Assembly (NCBI GenBank): GCA_902782445.1
Contig: CACZNC010000007.1
Span: forward strand, 12,292 to 76,291
Direction: 5' to 3'
DNA: 64,000 nucleotides
Source of the DNA: an uncultured Ruminococcus sp.
GTDB lineage: Bacteria; Bacillota; Clostridia; Oscillospirales; CAG-272
The position numbers and the translations under genes are program-made. The number at the start of each line of letters is the position of its first letter. Position 1 is the stretch's first letter. Below the pieces are notes generated by a model. The model did not search any database, was not told the DNA's origin, and saw nothing but the letters and a program-made list of their open reading frames with translations. Positions 34,899 to 46,800 of the stretch are shown here, one piece after another.

Positions 34899-36320
34899 TC
34901 AGAACATTTCGATCTCTTTGTCGTAGAGCTGATCGTCGATCGTGTGCATCGCGTAGACGGCGTAGGCGGCGTAGACGATGGTGACGGCCGTCGTGAGCAC
35001 GAGGACGAGGGAGAGGTCCACGGCGAGGTACCGGTAGGAACAGGAGATCACGTAGTTGAGGATAGCCAAAATCGAGGCGAGGAGCAGGCGGCCTCCCACG
35101 GCGTTGTAGGTTTCGAGGTCCCTGTTGCGCTTCGAATACATGGCGTTGTCCGTCTGGATGCCACAGATCTCGAGGTGGGCTTTCACGGCCTTCATCAGCG
35201 AGACGAAGAAGAAGAGCACCGAGGCCAGGGCAAGGACGTATTCGAGGACCTCCCGCATGGCGAGCCCGTAATATCTGCTGTACGCGTCGCTGACTCTGAG
35301 GACCGCGTCCGCGCTGTAATCGTTGAAATACCGGATCTGCCCTATGGTGTTGAGAACGGAGAGGACGCACCGCGCCGCGGCAAGGATCACCGACCAGACG
35401 GCGGATCTCTCGTATTTCAGCATCAGCACCCCGGCGGTGATGAGCAGCCCCGAAGAGACCGCTCCCACGAGGACGTTGACGTTGTCGATGGGAAGGATGA
35501 ACGAGGCGGCGGCGGACAGCGCGAAGAAGGCGAGAACCAGCTTCATCCTCTTGGCGATAAAATAGGTAGTCCGCGGAAGGATGTCCCGGTTGTACTTGTC
35601 TTCGAGGGCGGCGATGAAGGGCTTGTCCCCCCGGAGCGCTCCGAAGAACCGCGCCGTGCGGACGATGAAGACGATGCCGAAGGCGATCACCAGAATGGCG
35701 AAGAGGATATAGAAGAGCGGCTTGAACCGGACGAAATCGAGGGCCATCCGGTCCACGGTGCCGAGGTAGTCGTAAAGCTGGAGTTCCGCCAGCTCCGGCA
35801 CGAGAGTCGAGACGATGCGGAGCAGATAGAAGAAGATTATCGTCCGCCTCACGACCGCGAGCTGTTCGATCTCCCTCGTCTTTTCGACAGTCTCGAAGGT
35901 CTTCTTCCCGTCCCGGACGACGGCTTTCCGGCCCTTCCGGGCGACCGTTCTTTTCGCGTATACCGCGGTCCCGCCGTACCAGAGTCCCGCGAAGGAGAGC
36001 CCCTCGAAGAGATTCAGGACCGCGGGGATGAAGAACATCGCTTCCAGCACGCCGAAGACCAGAGCGAGCAGGGGTTTCGCGGACCCGCTCATCATCACCA
36101 GGGCGAGCATGGCGACGAATTTCGCGACTTCCGTAAACGCCAGCTTGATAAAGCCGTCCCGCGCTTCGGAGATCTTCCCGATGAACGCGGAGAGCTTGGT
36201 CAGCCCCGCGGCGATCAGGAAAAACCCGACGGCGTCCGGCAGGATATCGCCGAAAATCGGCAGCATAATGACCGGATTGCTCAACAGGATGAATCCTGCG
36301 ATCAAAAGCCCGAATCCCAT
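34899..36320 (-). CDS. Polytopic membrane protein (473 aa, 10 or more TM), unknown family; N-terminus paralogous to the upstream 244-aa protein
   Basis: GGGGGA RBS. Starts MGFGLLIAGFILLSNP, compare MGFGILIFGYFAMFAF in the upstream gene. Hydrophobic throughout, with one basic cytoplasmic loop (KRTVARKGRKAVVRDGKKTFETVEKTRE). Confidence 0.7.
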   Translation of the reverse strand: MGFGLLIAGFILLSNPVIMLPIFGDILPDAVGFFLIAAGLTKLSAFIGKISEARDGFIKLAFTEVAKFVAMLALVMMSGSAKPLLALVFGVLEAMFFIPAVLNLFEGLSFAGLWYGGTAVYAKRTVARKGRKAVVRDGKKTFETVEKTREIEQLAVVRRTIIFFYLLRIVSTLVPELAELQLYDYLGTVDRMALDFVRFKPLFYILFAILVIAFGIVFIVRTARFFGALRGDKPFIAALEDKYNRDILPRTTYFIAKRMKLVLAFFALSAAASFILPIDNVNVLVGAVSSGLLITAGVLMLKYERSAVWSVILAAARCVLSVLNTIGQIRYFNDYSADAVLRVSDAYSRYYGLAMREVLEYVLALASVLFFFVSLMKAVKAHLEICGIQTDNAMYSKRNRDLETYNAVGGRLLLASILAILNYVISCSYRYLAVDLSLVLVLTTAVTIVYAAYAVYAMHTIDDQLYDKEIEMF

Positions 36321-36340
36321 TCCAGCGTCCCCCGTTCTTT

Positions 36341-37075
36341 TTATTTTTTCTTTTTATGCGTCGGCTTCTTTTTGCCCTTTTTCTTTTCCGCGGCGATCCG
36401 CTCCGCCTCCTCCAGGGCCATCTTCATGGACTGGCGGCGGTATTCGTTCTTTTTGTCGTCCAGCTCGTCGAACTTATCCGAGAGGACGTTTAAGAATTTG
36501 ATCCTCGAGCGCGGCTTTTCGTTCTCGTCCGCATCGGCGGGCAGGATCATCGAGAAGCACCCGTATAAGAGGAGCAGATTCAAGACGAGGCAGAGAATCC
36601 AGAAAAGCCAGATCCCCACCCCCGCGGCGGCCGCAGTCCTGTCGTCGAGCAGCGGAGAGAACGCCACCGCGAGGAAGGCAGCCCCGTAATAGATCGAAGT
36701 CGCGGCGAGGCGTCCCAGAGCTTTCGAGGCGAGAGAGGTGATCCCCGCCCTCTGCGCCACCGTGCGGATCCCGAGGAAGAGGAAGACGTGCATCGCGCAT
36801 CCGGCGGCCAGCTTCAGGATCTCCACCGCCGTCCACGCCGCGCCGCTTCCCATCGGATAGAGGGAAAAGAGCAGCGAGGCCGCGTTCACGGAGCAGAGGA
36901 TCAGAAAGCCGAGGGCGGAAAACATCGCGCCGTAAAACCTCCGGCTGTACTCCCCGAGCTTCGAGAGCGCGAACACAGTGACGACCGAGCCGACGATATC
37001 CGCGAAGAAGTAGTACGGGGAGCGGGCGAAGGCGAACATGGCGAAATAGCCGAAAATCAGGATGCCGAATCCCAT
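36341..37075 (-). CDS. Polytopic membrane protein (244 aa, about 6 TM) with Lys-rich C-terminal tail, unknown family
   Basis: The ATG lies 3 nt after the secA TAA stop. The C-terminal tail is DELDDKKNEYRRQSMKMALEEAERIAAEKKKGKKKPTHKKKK. Confidence 0.7.
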   Translation of the reverse strand: MGFGILIFGYFAMFAFARSPYYFFADIVGSVVTVFALSKLGEYSRRFYGAMFSALGFLILCSVNAASLLFSLYPMGSGAAWTAVEILKLAAGCAMHVFLFLGIRTVAQRAGITSLASKALGRLAATSIYYGAAFLAVAFSPLLDDRTAAAAGVGIWLFWILCLVLNLLLLYGCFSMILPADADENEKPRSRIKFLNVLSDKFDELDDKKNEYRRQSMKMALEEAERIAAEKKKGKKKPTHKKKK

Positions 37076-37078
37076 AGA

Positions 37079-39853
<2,775 letters not shown>

Positions 39854-40015
39854 TGGTCAAGGGCGGCGTCACGGCCGCTATTCCCTTCCTGTGATTGAGG
39901 TATGATACGACAGTCATTCACGATCATTATATGCCATTTGTGATAAGATTTTAAGCGGAAAATGTAAACTTCTTGAAAAACCGGCGATCTCTCCCGGATT
40001 TGTCCGTCCCCCGGC

Positions 40016-40044
40016 TTGCGCATCCGGCCCGTCCGCTGTATAAT
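40016..40044 (+). promoter_or_regulatory. sigma-A type promoter (TTGCGC-17-TATAAT) for trmL
   Basis: TTGCGC at 40016-40021, a 17-nt spacer, TATAAT at 40039-40044. Confidence 0.55.
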
Positions 40045-40074
40045 AGGGTCGAATCAAGGAAAGGAACGCCGAAC

Positions 40075-40572
40075 ATGAAAGAAATCAACATCGTGCTCCA
40101 CGAGCCCGAGATCCCCCAGAACACCGGCAACATCGCCCGCACCTGCGCCGCCACCGGAGCCGCCCTCCATCTGATCCGCCCGATGGGTTTCGCGGTGGAC
40201 GACCGGAAGCTGAAACGGGCCGGGCTCGATTACTGGCATCTATTGGATATCACCTACTACGACGGACTTGACGATTTCTTCTCAAAGAATCCCGGAGCCC
40301 CGTTCTGGTGCTTCACGACCAAGGCTCCCCGGTGCTACACGGAGGTCCGGTATGAATCCCCCGTCTTTCTCTTCTTCGGGAAGGAGACGAAGGGCCTGCC
40401 GGAAGATTTTCTCCTCGCCCATCTCGACCGGTGCGTGCGGATCCCGATGCGGGAACACTTAAGGAGCCTGAACCTCTCGAACGCGGCCGCCGTCGGGGTC
40501 TACGAAGTCCTCAGACAGCGGGGATTCCGGGGGGAGGAGACGGAAAGCTCCTATTTCGGAAGCCGGGACTGA
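40075..40572 (+). CDS. trmL: tRNA (cytidine/uridine(34)-2'-O)-methyltransferase TrmL (SpoU/TrmH family)
   Basis: In frame within ORF 39973..40572. ATG 40075 follows AAGGAAAGGAA. Motifs IVLHEPEIPQNTGNIARTCAATGAALHLI, FLFFGKETKGLP and SLNLSNAAAVGVYE. Confidence 0.88.
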   Translation: MKEINIVLHEPEIPQNTGNIARTCAATGAALHLIRPMGFAVDDRKLKRAGLDYWHLLDITYYDGLDDFFSKNPGAPFWCFTTKAPRCYTEVRYESPVFLFFGKETKGLPEDFLLAHLDRCVRIPMREHLRSLNLSNAAAVGVYEVLRQRGFRGEETESSYFGSRD

Positions 40573-40578
40573 GCGTTT

Positions 40579-42123
40579 TCAGAGCAGAGGCGCGATAAAG
40601 TCCAGCGACGCCCGGAAGAGCTTCCGGATCCCGGAAATCTTATCCGGTTCCGTGAGCAGGCGGGAGGCGGCCAGGGTCTCTTCGAAATCGCGCTTGACGG
40701 CGGGGAGGCAGTCCGTACGGTACATCCACGCGCCGCACTCGAAATGCAGGTAGAGACTGCGGTAATCGAGGTTTACGCTCCCCACGACCGCGAATTCGTC
40801 GTCACAGAGAAATCCCTTCGCGTGGACGAATCCGGGGGTGTATTCGTAGATCTTCACCCCGCCGGCGAGCAGGGACGGATAGCAGTTTTTCGTCGTCTCG
40901 TTGATGAGGAGCTTGTCCGGGATCCCGGGGGTCACGATCCGCACGTCCACCCCGCACCGAGCCGCATGGAGAAGCGAGCGTTCCATCAGCTCGTCGACGA
41001 TGAGATAGGGCGTCGTGATCCAGACGTATTTTTTCGCCTGCTGGATCAGGCCGAGGTACACGTTTTCCCCGACGGGCTCCCCGTCCATCGGCGTGTCGGT
41101 GTAGGGATGGACCCAGCCGGAGCCGCGGATGCCGTCCCATGCTTCCGGCGGAGGCAGAAAGGCGGAATAATCGTCCTGTCCGTCGCCTCCGTTGCCGCAG
41201 AGATAGTCCCACATCGTGAGGAACATGGCGGTGAAGCTCCAGGACGCCCGCCCGCGGATCATGACGGCGGTGTCCTTCCAGTAGCCGAACCGCTTCACGG
41301 TGTTGATGTATTCGTCCGCCAGGTTGACCCCTCCCGTGAAGGAGGTGATCCCGTCGATCACGCAGATCTTGCGGTGGTCCCGGTTGTTCTGCCGGGCGGT
41401 CAGGAAGGGCACGAACCGCTGGAAGATGCGGCAGTCGATCCCCTCGGCTCTCAGCGCGGCGTCGAAATGACGGTCCACGGACACGGCACACCCCACGTCG
41501 TCGTAGATCACCCGCACGTCCACGCCCTGCCGGACCTTTTCGAGCAGAATCCCGTGGACCGCATCCCACATCTCCCCCTCCCCGATGATGAAGTATTCGA
41601 GGAAGATATACCGCTCGGCCTTCCCGAGTTCTTCGAGCAGGACGGGAAACATCTCCTCGCCGCTCGCGAAATACCGGGTCTCGCAATTCCCGGAGACGGG
41701 CGTGAAGGAGGCGGATTCCAGATACTTCGACTGCCGGGCGGCCGAGGGGGATTCGGCTTCCAGTTTCTCCCGATCCCCCTTCTCCAGCGCGGCGGCTTTT
41801 TTGAGGGCTTTGTTCATGAAGCGCATCTTCCTCTTCCGGTGGGAGGAAAGCCGGTTCCCGCCGAAGATCAGATAGAGCGCGACGCCGAAGACCGGAAAGA
41901 CGAAAGCCACCGCCATCCACGCGATCTTATAGGGCATGTTGTGGCTCGACCGCATGAGATAGAGCAGGAAGACCAGCGAGATCAGGGAGGTCAGCAGGCT
42001 GTAAAAATAAAAACGGGATGAAAACCCCACCGCCATCCAGAAAATCAGAAAAAGCTGCACGGCGATGAGAAAATACACGATGACGACGCGGCTCGTCATG
42101 AATCTCTTGATTTTCTTCTTCAC
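40579..42123 (-). CDS. cls: Cardiolipin synthase
   Basis: Two HKD motifs (HRKICVIDG and HAKGFLCDDE) and N-terminal TM helices. Start proposed at GTG 42123 (GAAGGAG, 6-nt spacer), downstream of the 42158-42186 promoter. ATG 42099 is the alternative. The listed ORF start at 42246 lies upstream of that promoter. Confidence 0.88.
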   Translation of the reverse strand: MKKKIKRFMTSRVVIVYFLIAVQLFLIFWMAVGFSSRFYFYSLLTSLISLVFLLYLMRSSHNMPYKIAWMAVAFVFPVFGVALYLIFGGNRLSSHRKRKMRFMNKALKKAAALEKGDREKLEAESPSAARQSKYLESASFTPVSGNCETRYFASGEEMFPVLLEELGKAERYIFLEYFIIGEGEMWDAVHGILLEKVRQGVDVRVIYDDVGCAVSVDRHFDAALRAEGIDCRIFQRFVPFLTARQNNRDHRKICVIDGITSFTGGVNLADEYINTVKRFGYWKDTAVMIRGRASWSFTAMFLTMWDYLCGNGGDGQDDYSAFLPPPEAWDGIRGSGWVHPYTDTPMDGEPVGENVYLGLIQQAKKYVWITTPYLIVDELMERSLLHAARCGVDVRIVTPGIPDKLLINETTKNCYPSLLAGGVKIYEYTPGFVHAKGFLCDDEFAVVGSVNLDYRSLYLHFECGAWMYRTDCLPAVKRDFEETLAASRLLTEPDKISGIRKLFRASLDFIAPLL

Positions 42124-42157
42124 AGACGTCTCCTTCAAAAAGTCACGGCTTTGCCTT

Positions 42158-42186
42158 ATTATACCGGATCCGGGAGAAATTGTCAA
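42158..42186 (-). promoter_or_regulatory. Consensus sigma-A promoter (TTGACA-17-TATAAT) for cls
   Basis: Reverse complement: TTGACA (42181-42186), 17-nt spacer, TATAAT (42158-42163). Confidence 0.7.
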
Positions 42187-42209
42187 GCGGTTCCCCTTCC
42201 GCAGGGCGA

Positions 42210-42239
42210 GGCATATCCCGCCCGCGGCGCGCATACAAT
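42210..42239 (+). promoter_or_regulatory. Mother-cell sigma-E type promoter upstream of spoIVA
   Basis: GGCATATC-(14 nt)-CATACAAT matches the Bacillus sigma-E consensus as I recall it (kmATATT, 13-15 nt spacer, CATACAhT). spoIVA is a classical sigma-E gene. Confidence 0.6.
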
Positions 42240-42253
42240 GCCCCACATTCTGA

Positions 42254-43783
42254 ATGCGGAGGAAGAGGACATTGGCGGATACTTCGATTTACAGGGACAT
42301 TGCCGAACGGACGCACGGGGACGTCTATATCGGCGTGGTGGGGCCGGTGCGGACGGGCAAGAGCACCTTCATCAAGCGGTTCATGGAAGAGGCGGTGATC
42401 CCGAACATCGCCGACGAGGGAGACCGGATCCGGGCGCGGGACGAGATGCCCCAGTCCGCGGGGGGAAGAACGGTCATGACCACCGAGCCGAAATTCATCC
42501 CCGACGACGGCGTCCCCATCAGCTGCGACGGGATCGGCATGCGGATCAAGCTCGCGGACTGCGTCGGCTACATGATCCCCGGGGCGATGGGATCGACGGA
42601 GGACGGAGAGGCGCGGATGGTGCGGACTCCGTGGCACGAGGGGCCCGTCCCCTTCGAAGAGGCGGCGGAGGTCGGGACGCACCGGGTCATCGCCGAACAC
42701 GCGACGGTGGGGATGCTCGTGACGACGGACGGCTCCATCGGCGAGATCCCCCGGGAGAACTATGCCGCGGCGGAGGAGAGGGTGGCGGCGGAGTTGACGG
42801 AGCTCGGAAAGCCCTTCGCCGTGATCCTCAATTCGACCCGTCCCGACGCGCCGGAAACGGTCCGGCTGGCCGAAGATCTGGAGGAGAAATACAAAGCCCC
42901 CGTCGCATCCGTCTCCTGCGCAGAGCTGGACGCGGAGGATATCCGGCACATCCTCGGAATGCTGGCGGACGAATTCCCGGCGAAGGAGGTCGACGTGATC
43001 CTTCCCCGCTGGACCGCCGCGCTCCCCGCGAATCACCGGATCCGAACCTCCGTCCGGGAAGCGGTGAAAGCGGCGGCGAAATCCCTCTCCAAACTGGCGG
43101 ACGCGAAGGGAGCGTTCTCCCGGGTCCTCGGGGAGGAGATCCGGCGGGTGGTCTCGGCGGAGGGCGGGGATGCGGACGCGGTCGCCGTAAAACCCGAGGA
43201 AACGGACGCGGGACGGGGCACGGCTTCCCTCTCCCTGACGCTCCCGGACGGTCTTTACTACGCGACGCTCTCGGAACTGACCGGGATCCCCATGAAGGAC
43301 GAGGAGGATCTCATCTCCGCCCTGAACCGGCTGTCGGCGGAGGGACGGGAATACGGAAAATACCGGGAGGCGATCGAGGCGGTCAACGCGGAGGGCTACG
43401 GGATCGTCATGCCGGAAGCGGGAAGCCTGACCCTCGGGGAGCCGGAGATCATCCGTCAGAGCGGCGGATGGGGCGTGCGGCTGAGGGCGACGGCGCCTTC
43501 GATCCACATGATCCGGGCAGATATCGACGCGGAGATCTCCCCGGTCGTCGGCACGGAACAGCAGTCCGAGGAGACCGTCAAGATGCTGATGGAGGACTTC
43601 GGCCGGGATCCCTCCTCCCTCTGGGAATCGAACATGTTCGGCCGCACCCTCTACGATCTTCTGAACGACGGGCTGCACGCCAAGCTGGAGCACATGCCCC
43701 CGGACGCCCGGAAGAAATTCGGCGAGACCCTCTCGAAGATCATCAACGAGGGGAGCCAGGGCCTGATCTGCATCATCCTCTGA
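42254..43783 (+). CDS. spoIVA: Stage IV sporulation protein A (spore coat morphogenetic ATPase)
   Basis: IYRDIAERTHGDVYIGVVGPVRTGKSTFIKRFME (Walker A) and MPQSAGGRTVMTTEPKF. An alternative TTG start at 42272, after GGAGGAAGAGG, fits the canonical N-terminus better. Confidence 0.93.
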   Translation: MRRKRTLADTSIYRDIAERTHGDVYIGVVGPVRTGKSTFIKRFMEEAVIPNIADEGDRIRARDEMPQSAGGRTVMTTEPKFIPDDGVPISCDGIGMRIKLADCVGYMIPGAMGSTEDGEARMVRTPWHEGPVPFEEAAEVGTHRVIAEHATVGMLVTTDGSIGEIPRENYAAAEERVAAELTELGKPFAVILNSTRPDAPETVRLAEDLEEKYKAPVASVSCAELDAEDIRHILGMLADEFPAKEVDVILPRWTAALPANHRIRTSVREAVKAAAKSLSKLADAKGAFSRVLGEEIRRVVSAEGGDADAVAVKPEETDAGRGTASLSLTLPDGLYYATLSELTGIPMKDEEDLISALNRLSAEGREYGKYREAIEAVNAEGYGIVMPEAGSLTLGEPEIIRQSGGWGVRLRATAPSIHMIRADIDAEISPVVGTEQQSEETVKMLMEDFGRDPSSLWESNMFGRTLYDLLNDGLHAKLEHMPPDARKKFGETLSKIINEGSQGLICIIL

Positions 43784-43796
43784 TCCGATAAGACGG

Positions 43797-43850
43797 AAAA
43801 ACCGCCCGCGGAGTACCGGAATGCGATACTCTTCGGACGGTTTTCGTTTT
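43797..43850. terminator. Bidirectional terminator between convergent spoIVA and polC
   Basis: AAAACCGCCCG...CGGACGGTTTT long imperfect hairpin with an inner GAGTA/TACTC stem. T-runs are present on both strands. Confidence 0.6.
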
Positions 43851-43854
43851 CGGA

Positions 43855-46800
43855 TCAGCCGAACATGGAGATCTGGTTCGACTGGGACATTCCCCGGAGC
43901 GCCCCGTTCTTCTCGAGCAGTTCCATGATGGATTTCGAGACCTTCGCCTTTGCGCGCAGATCTTCGATCGAAAGGACGCTGCCGGACTTCATGGCGTTCA
44001 TGATGTTCTCCGCCGCCGCCTCGCCGAGTCCGGGCAGGGAGGCAAAGGGCAGGCGGATCTTTCCGTTTTCCGGGAGGAATTTCGTCGCGTGGGATCTGCG
44101 GATATCCACGGGCAGGAATTCGTATCCCCGCTCGAAGCACTCGTTGACGAGCATGAGGGCGTCTTCGAGGGCGGCTTCGGTGGCGGAGATTTCCTTGCCC
44201 CGCTTTTTGAGGTCCTGATAGGTGTCGCGGCAGTATCTGCGGCCCTTCATGACCACCTCGCCGTCCAGACCGTCGGGAGCCGCCGTGAAATAGGCCGCGT
44301 AGAACTCCACGGGGTAGTTGATCTTGTACCACATGAGCCGCACGGCGTCGATGGCGTAGGCGGCCGCGTGGGCCTTCGGGAACATGTAGCGGATCTTCTG
44401 GAGGGAGTCGATGTACCACTCCGGCACGCCGTTCTCCCGCATGGCCGTCTGCATTTCCTCGGGGATCACCAGCCCCTTCTTGTTCTTGCGCACGAACTCC
44501 ATGATCTTGAAGGACAGGGATTTCTCCATGCCGTACTTGTGGATCAGGGTCATCATGATGTCGTCGCGGCACCCGATGACCTCGGAGATCGTGCAGATCT
44601 TCTGGTTGATGAGCTCCTCCGCGTTGCCGAGCCAGCATCCCGTCCCGTGGGTCAGGCCCTGGATCTGCAAAATATCGGCGAAGTTCTTCGGCTGGGCCTT
44701 CATGAGGACCCCCCGGATGAACTGGGTGCCGAGTTCCGGCAGTCCGACCGTGGAGGTCTGGCTGTCGATCTGCTCCGGGGTGACTCCGATGGGGGCGGTG
44801 GAGGTCAGTCCCTCGTAGCAGGCGGGGTCGGACAGGGGGACGTCCGTGACCTTGATCCCGGTGTACTCCTCGAGCCGCTTGTACTTGGTCGGAATATCGT
44901 GTCCGAGGATATCGAGCTTCAAAATGGTGTCGTGCAGATAGGTGAAGGCGAAATGGGTGGTGACGATCTCCGCGCCGGCCTTGTTGTCGGAGGGGTGCTG
45001 GACCGGGGAGAAGTCGTAGATCTCGAACTCCTCCGGCACGACGATGACTCCGCCGGGGTGCTGTCCGGTGTTCTTCTTCACACCCATGCAGCCGTTGACG
45101 AGCCGGTCCATCTCCGCGCGGTTGACCGAGATCCCCCGGTCTTCGAGGAAGTGGGCCGCGTAGCCGTAGGCCGTCTTGTCCGCCAGGGTCCCGATGGTCC
45201 CGGCCTTGAACGCATGTCCCGTGCCGAAGAGCACTTCCGTGAACTTGTGGGCCGCGGCCTGCACGTCGCCGGAGAAATTCAGGTCGATATCGGGGGTCTT
45301 GTCGCCCTTGAAGCCGAGGAAGGTCTCGAAGGGGATGTCGTGGCCGTCGCGTTCGCAGTCCTCGCCGCAGACCGGGCATTTCTTCGGCGGGAGATCGAAG
45401 CCGGAGCCGACCTCGCCGTTTTCGAAGAATTCGCTCCACCGGCATTTCGGGCAGCGGTAATGGGGAGGCAGGGGATTGACCCGGGTGATGCCGCCCATCG
45501 TCGCCGCGAAAGACGAGCCCACCGAGCCGCGGGATCCCACCTGATAGCCCTTCTCCTCGCTGTTTTCCACCAGCTTGCGGGCGATGATGTACATGATGGC
45601 GAAGCCGTTCGAAATGATGGAATCGAGCTCGCGCTTGAGCCGGGCGGAGACCACTTCGGGCAGGGGATCCCCGTAGAGCTCCTTCGCCAGGGACCAGCAT
45701 TTCGTCGTGAGTTCCTCTTCCGCTCCGTCGATGTGGGGCGGGTAGTTCCCCTTCGGGATCGGGCGGACGTACTCGATGCTGTCGGCGATCTTCGAAGGAT
45801 TTTCGATCACCACTTCCCGGGCGGTCTCCTCGCCGAGGTAGGAGAATTCCTCGAGCATTTCGGAGGTCGTGCGGTAGTAGAGCTTCGTCTCGTTGTCCGC
45901 GTCCTTGAACCCCTGTCCTGCTAGGATGATGCGGCGGTAGATCTCGTCCTCGGGATTCTTGTAGTGGGCGTCGCAGGTGGCGCAGACGGGGCGGCCCGCC
46001 TTCTTCCCGATCTCGACGATCCGGCGGTTGATGTTTCGGAGGGTTTCCGTATCCGGGACTTTTCCCTCCCGGATCAGATATTCGTTGTTGCACAGGGGCT
46101 GGATCTCGAGATAGTCGTAAAACTGTGCCATCTCGATGAGATCCGCCTCGGGCTTGCCGTCCTGCACCGCCCGGAAGAATTCGCCCTCCGAGCAGGCGGA
46201 ACCGAGGATCAGCCCTTCCCGCAGTTCTTCGAGACGGGTGCGCGGGATCCGGGGGTGGCGGTAGTAGTAGTTGAGATAGGACTCCGAGACCAGCTTGTAG
46301 AGGTTTTTCAGTCCTACCTTGTTCTTCACGAGCAGGATGAGGTGGGTGGAACGGAGTTTCAGAGGATCCGCCTTCTCCGCCATGATGTAGTTGAGGCGGG
46401 CGATATCCTCGACCCCCTCCTCCATCAGCCTCTCGGCCATGCATCCGAAGATCCGGGCGAGCATTTCCGCGTCGTCCGATGCCCGGTGGTGGTTGAAGTC
46501 CCCGAGGCCGTAGTGCTTCGCCAGCGTGTCCAGCTTGTGGTTTTTCAGATCCGGGTTCATGTACCGGGACATGGCGACGGTGTCGAGGTAGGGATTTTCG
46601 AATGCGATGCCGTGCCGGGCCGAGACCTGGCGGATAAACCCGGTGTCGAAGGAGGCGTTGTGGGCGACGAGCATCCGTCCCCCGGCAAAGTCGAGGAACG
46701 CGCGGACGGCTTCCTCCTCCCCCGGCGCGCCTTTCACCATCTCGTCCGTGATCCCGGTGAGGTCGGTGATGTTTTCGGGGATGTGTCCCTCGGGATCGAC

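Noticed and set aside
32650-35370. 906-aa minus-strand ORF opposite the glycyl radical enzyme
   Set aside because: It is antisense to the GRE frame, which carries the Gly-radical and Cys-loop signatures. It also crosses the terminator region and the 3' part of the neighbouring membrane-protein gene out of frame.
42143-46444. 1433-aa minus-strand ORF overlapping spoIVA (antisense) and polC (out of frame)
   Set aside because: It runs through two independently well-supported genes. The translation is Arg/Gly/Pro-rich and motif-free.
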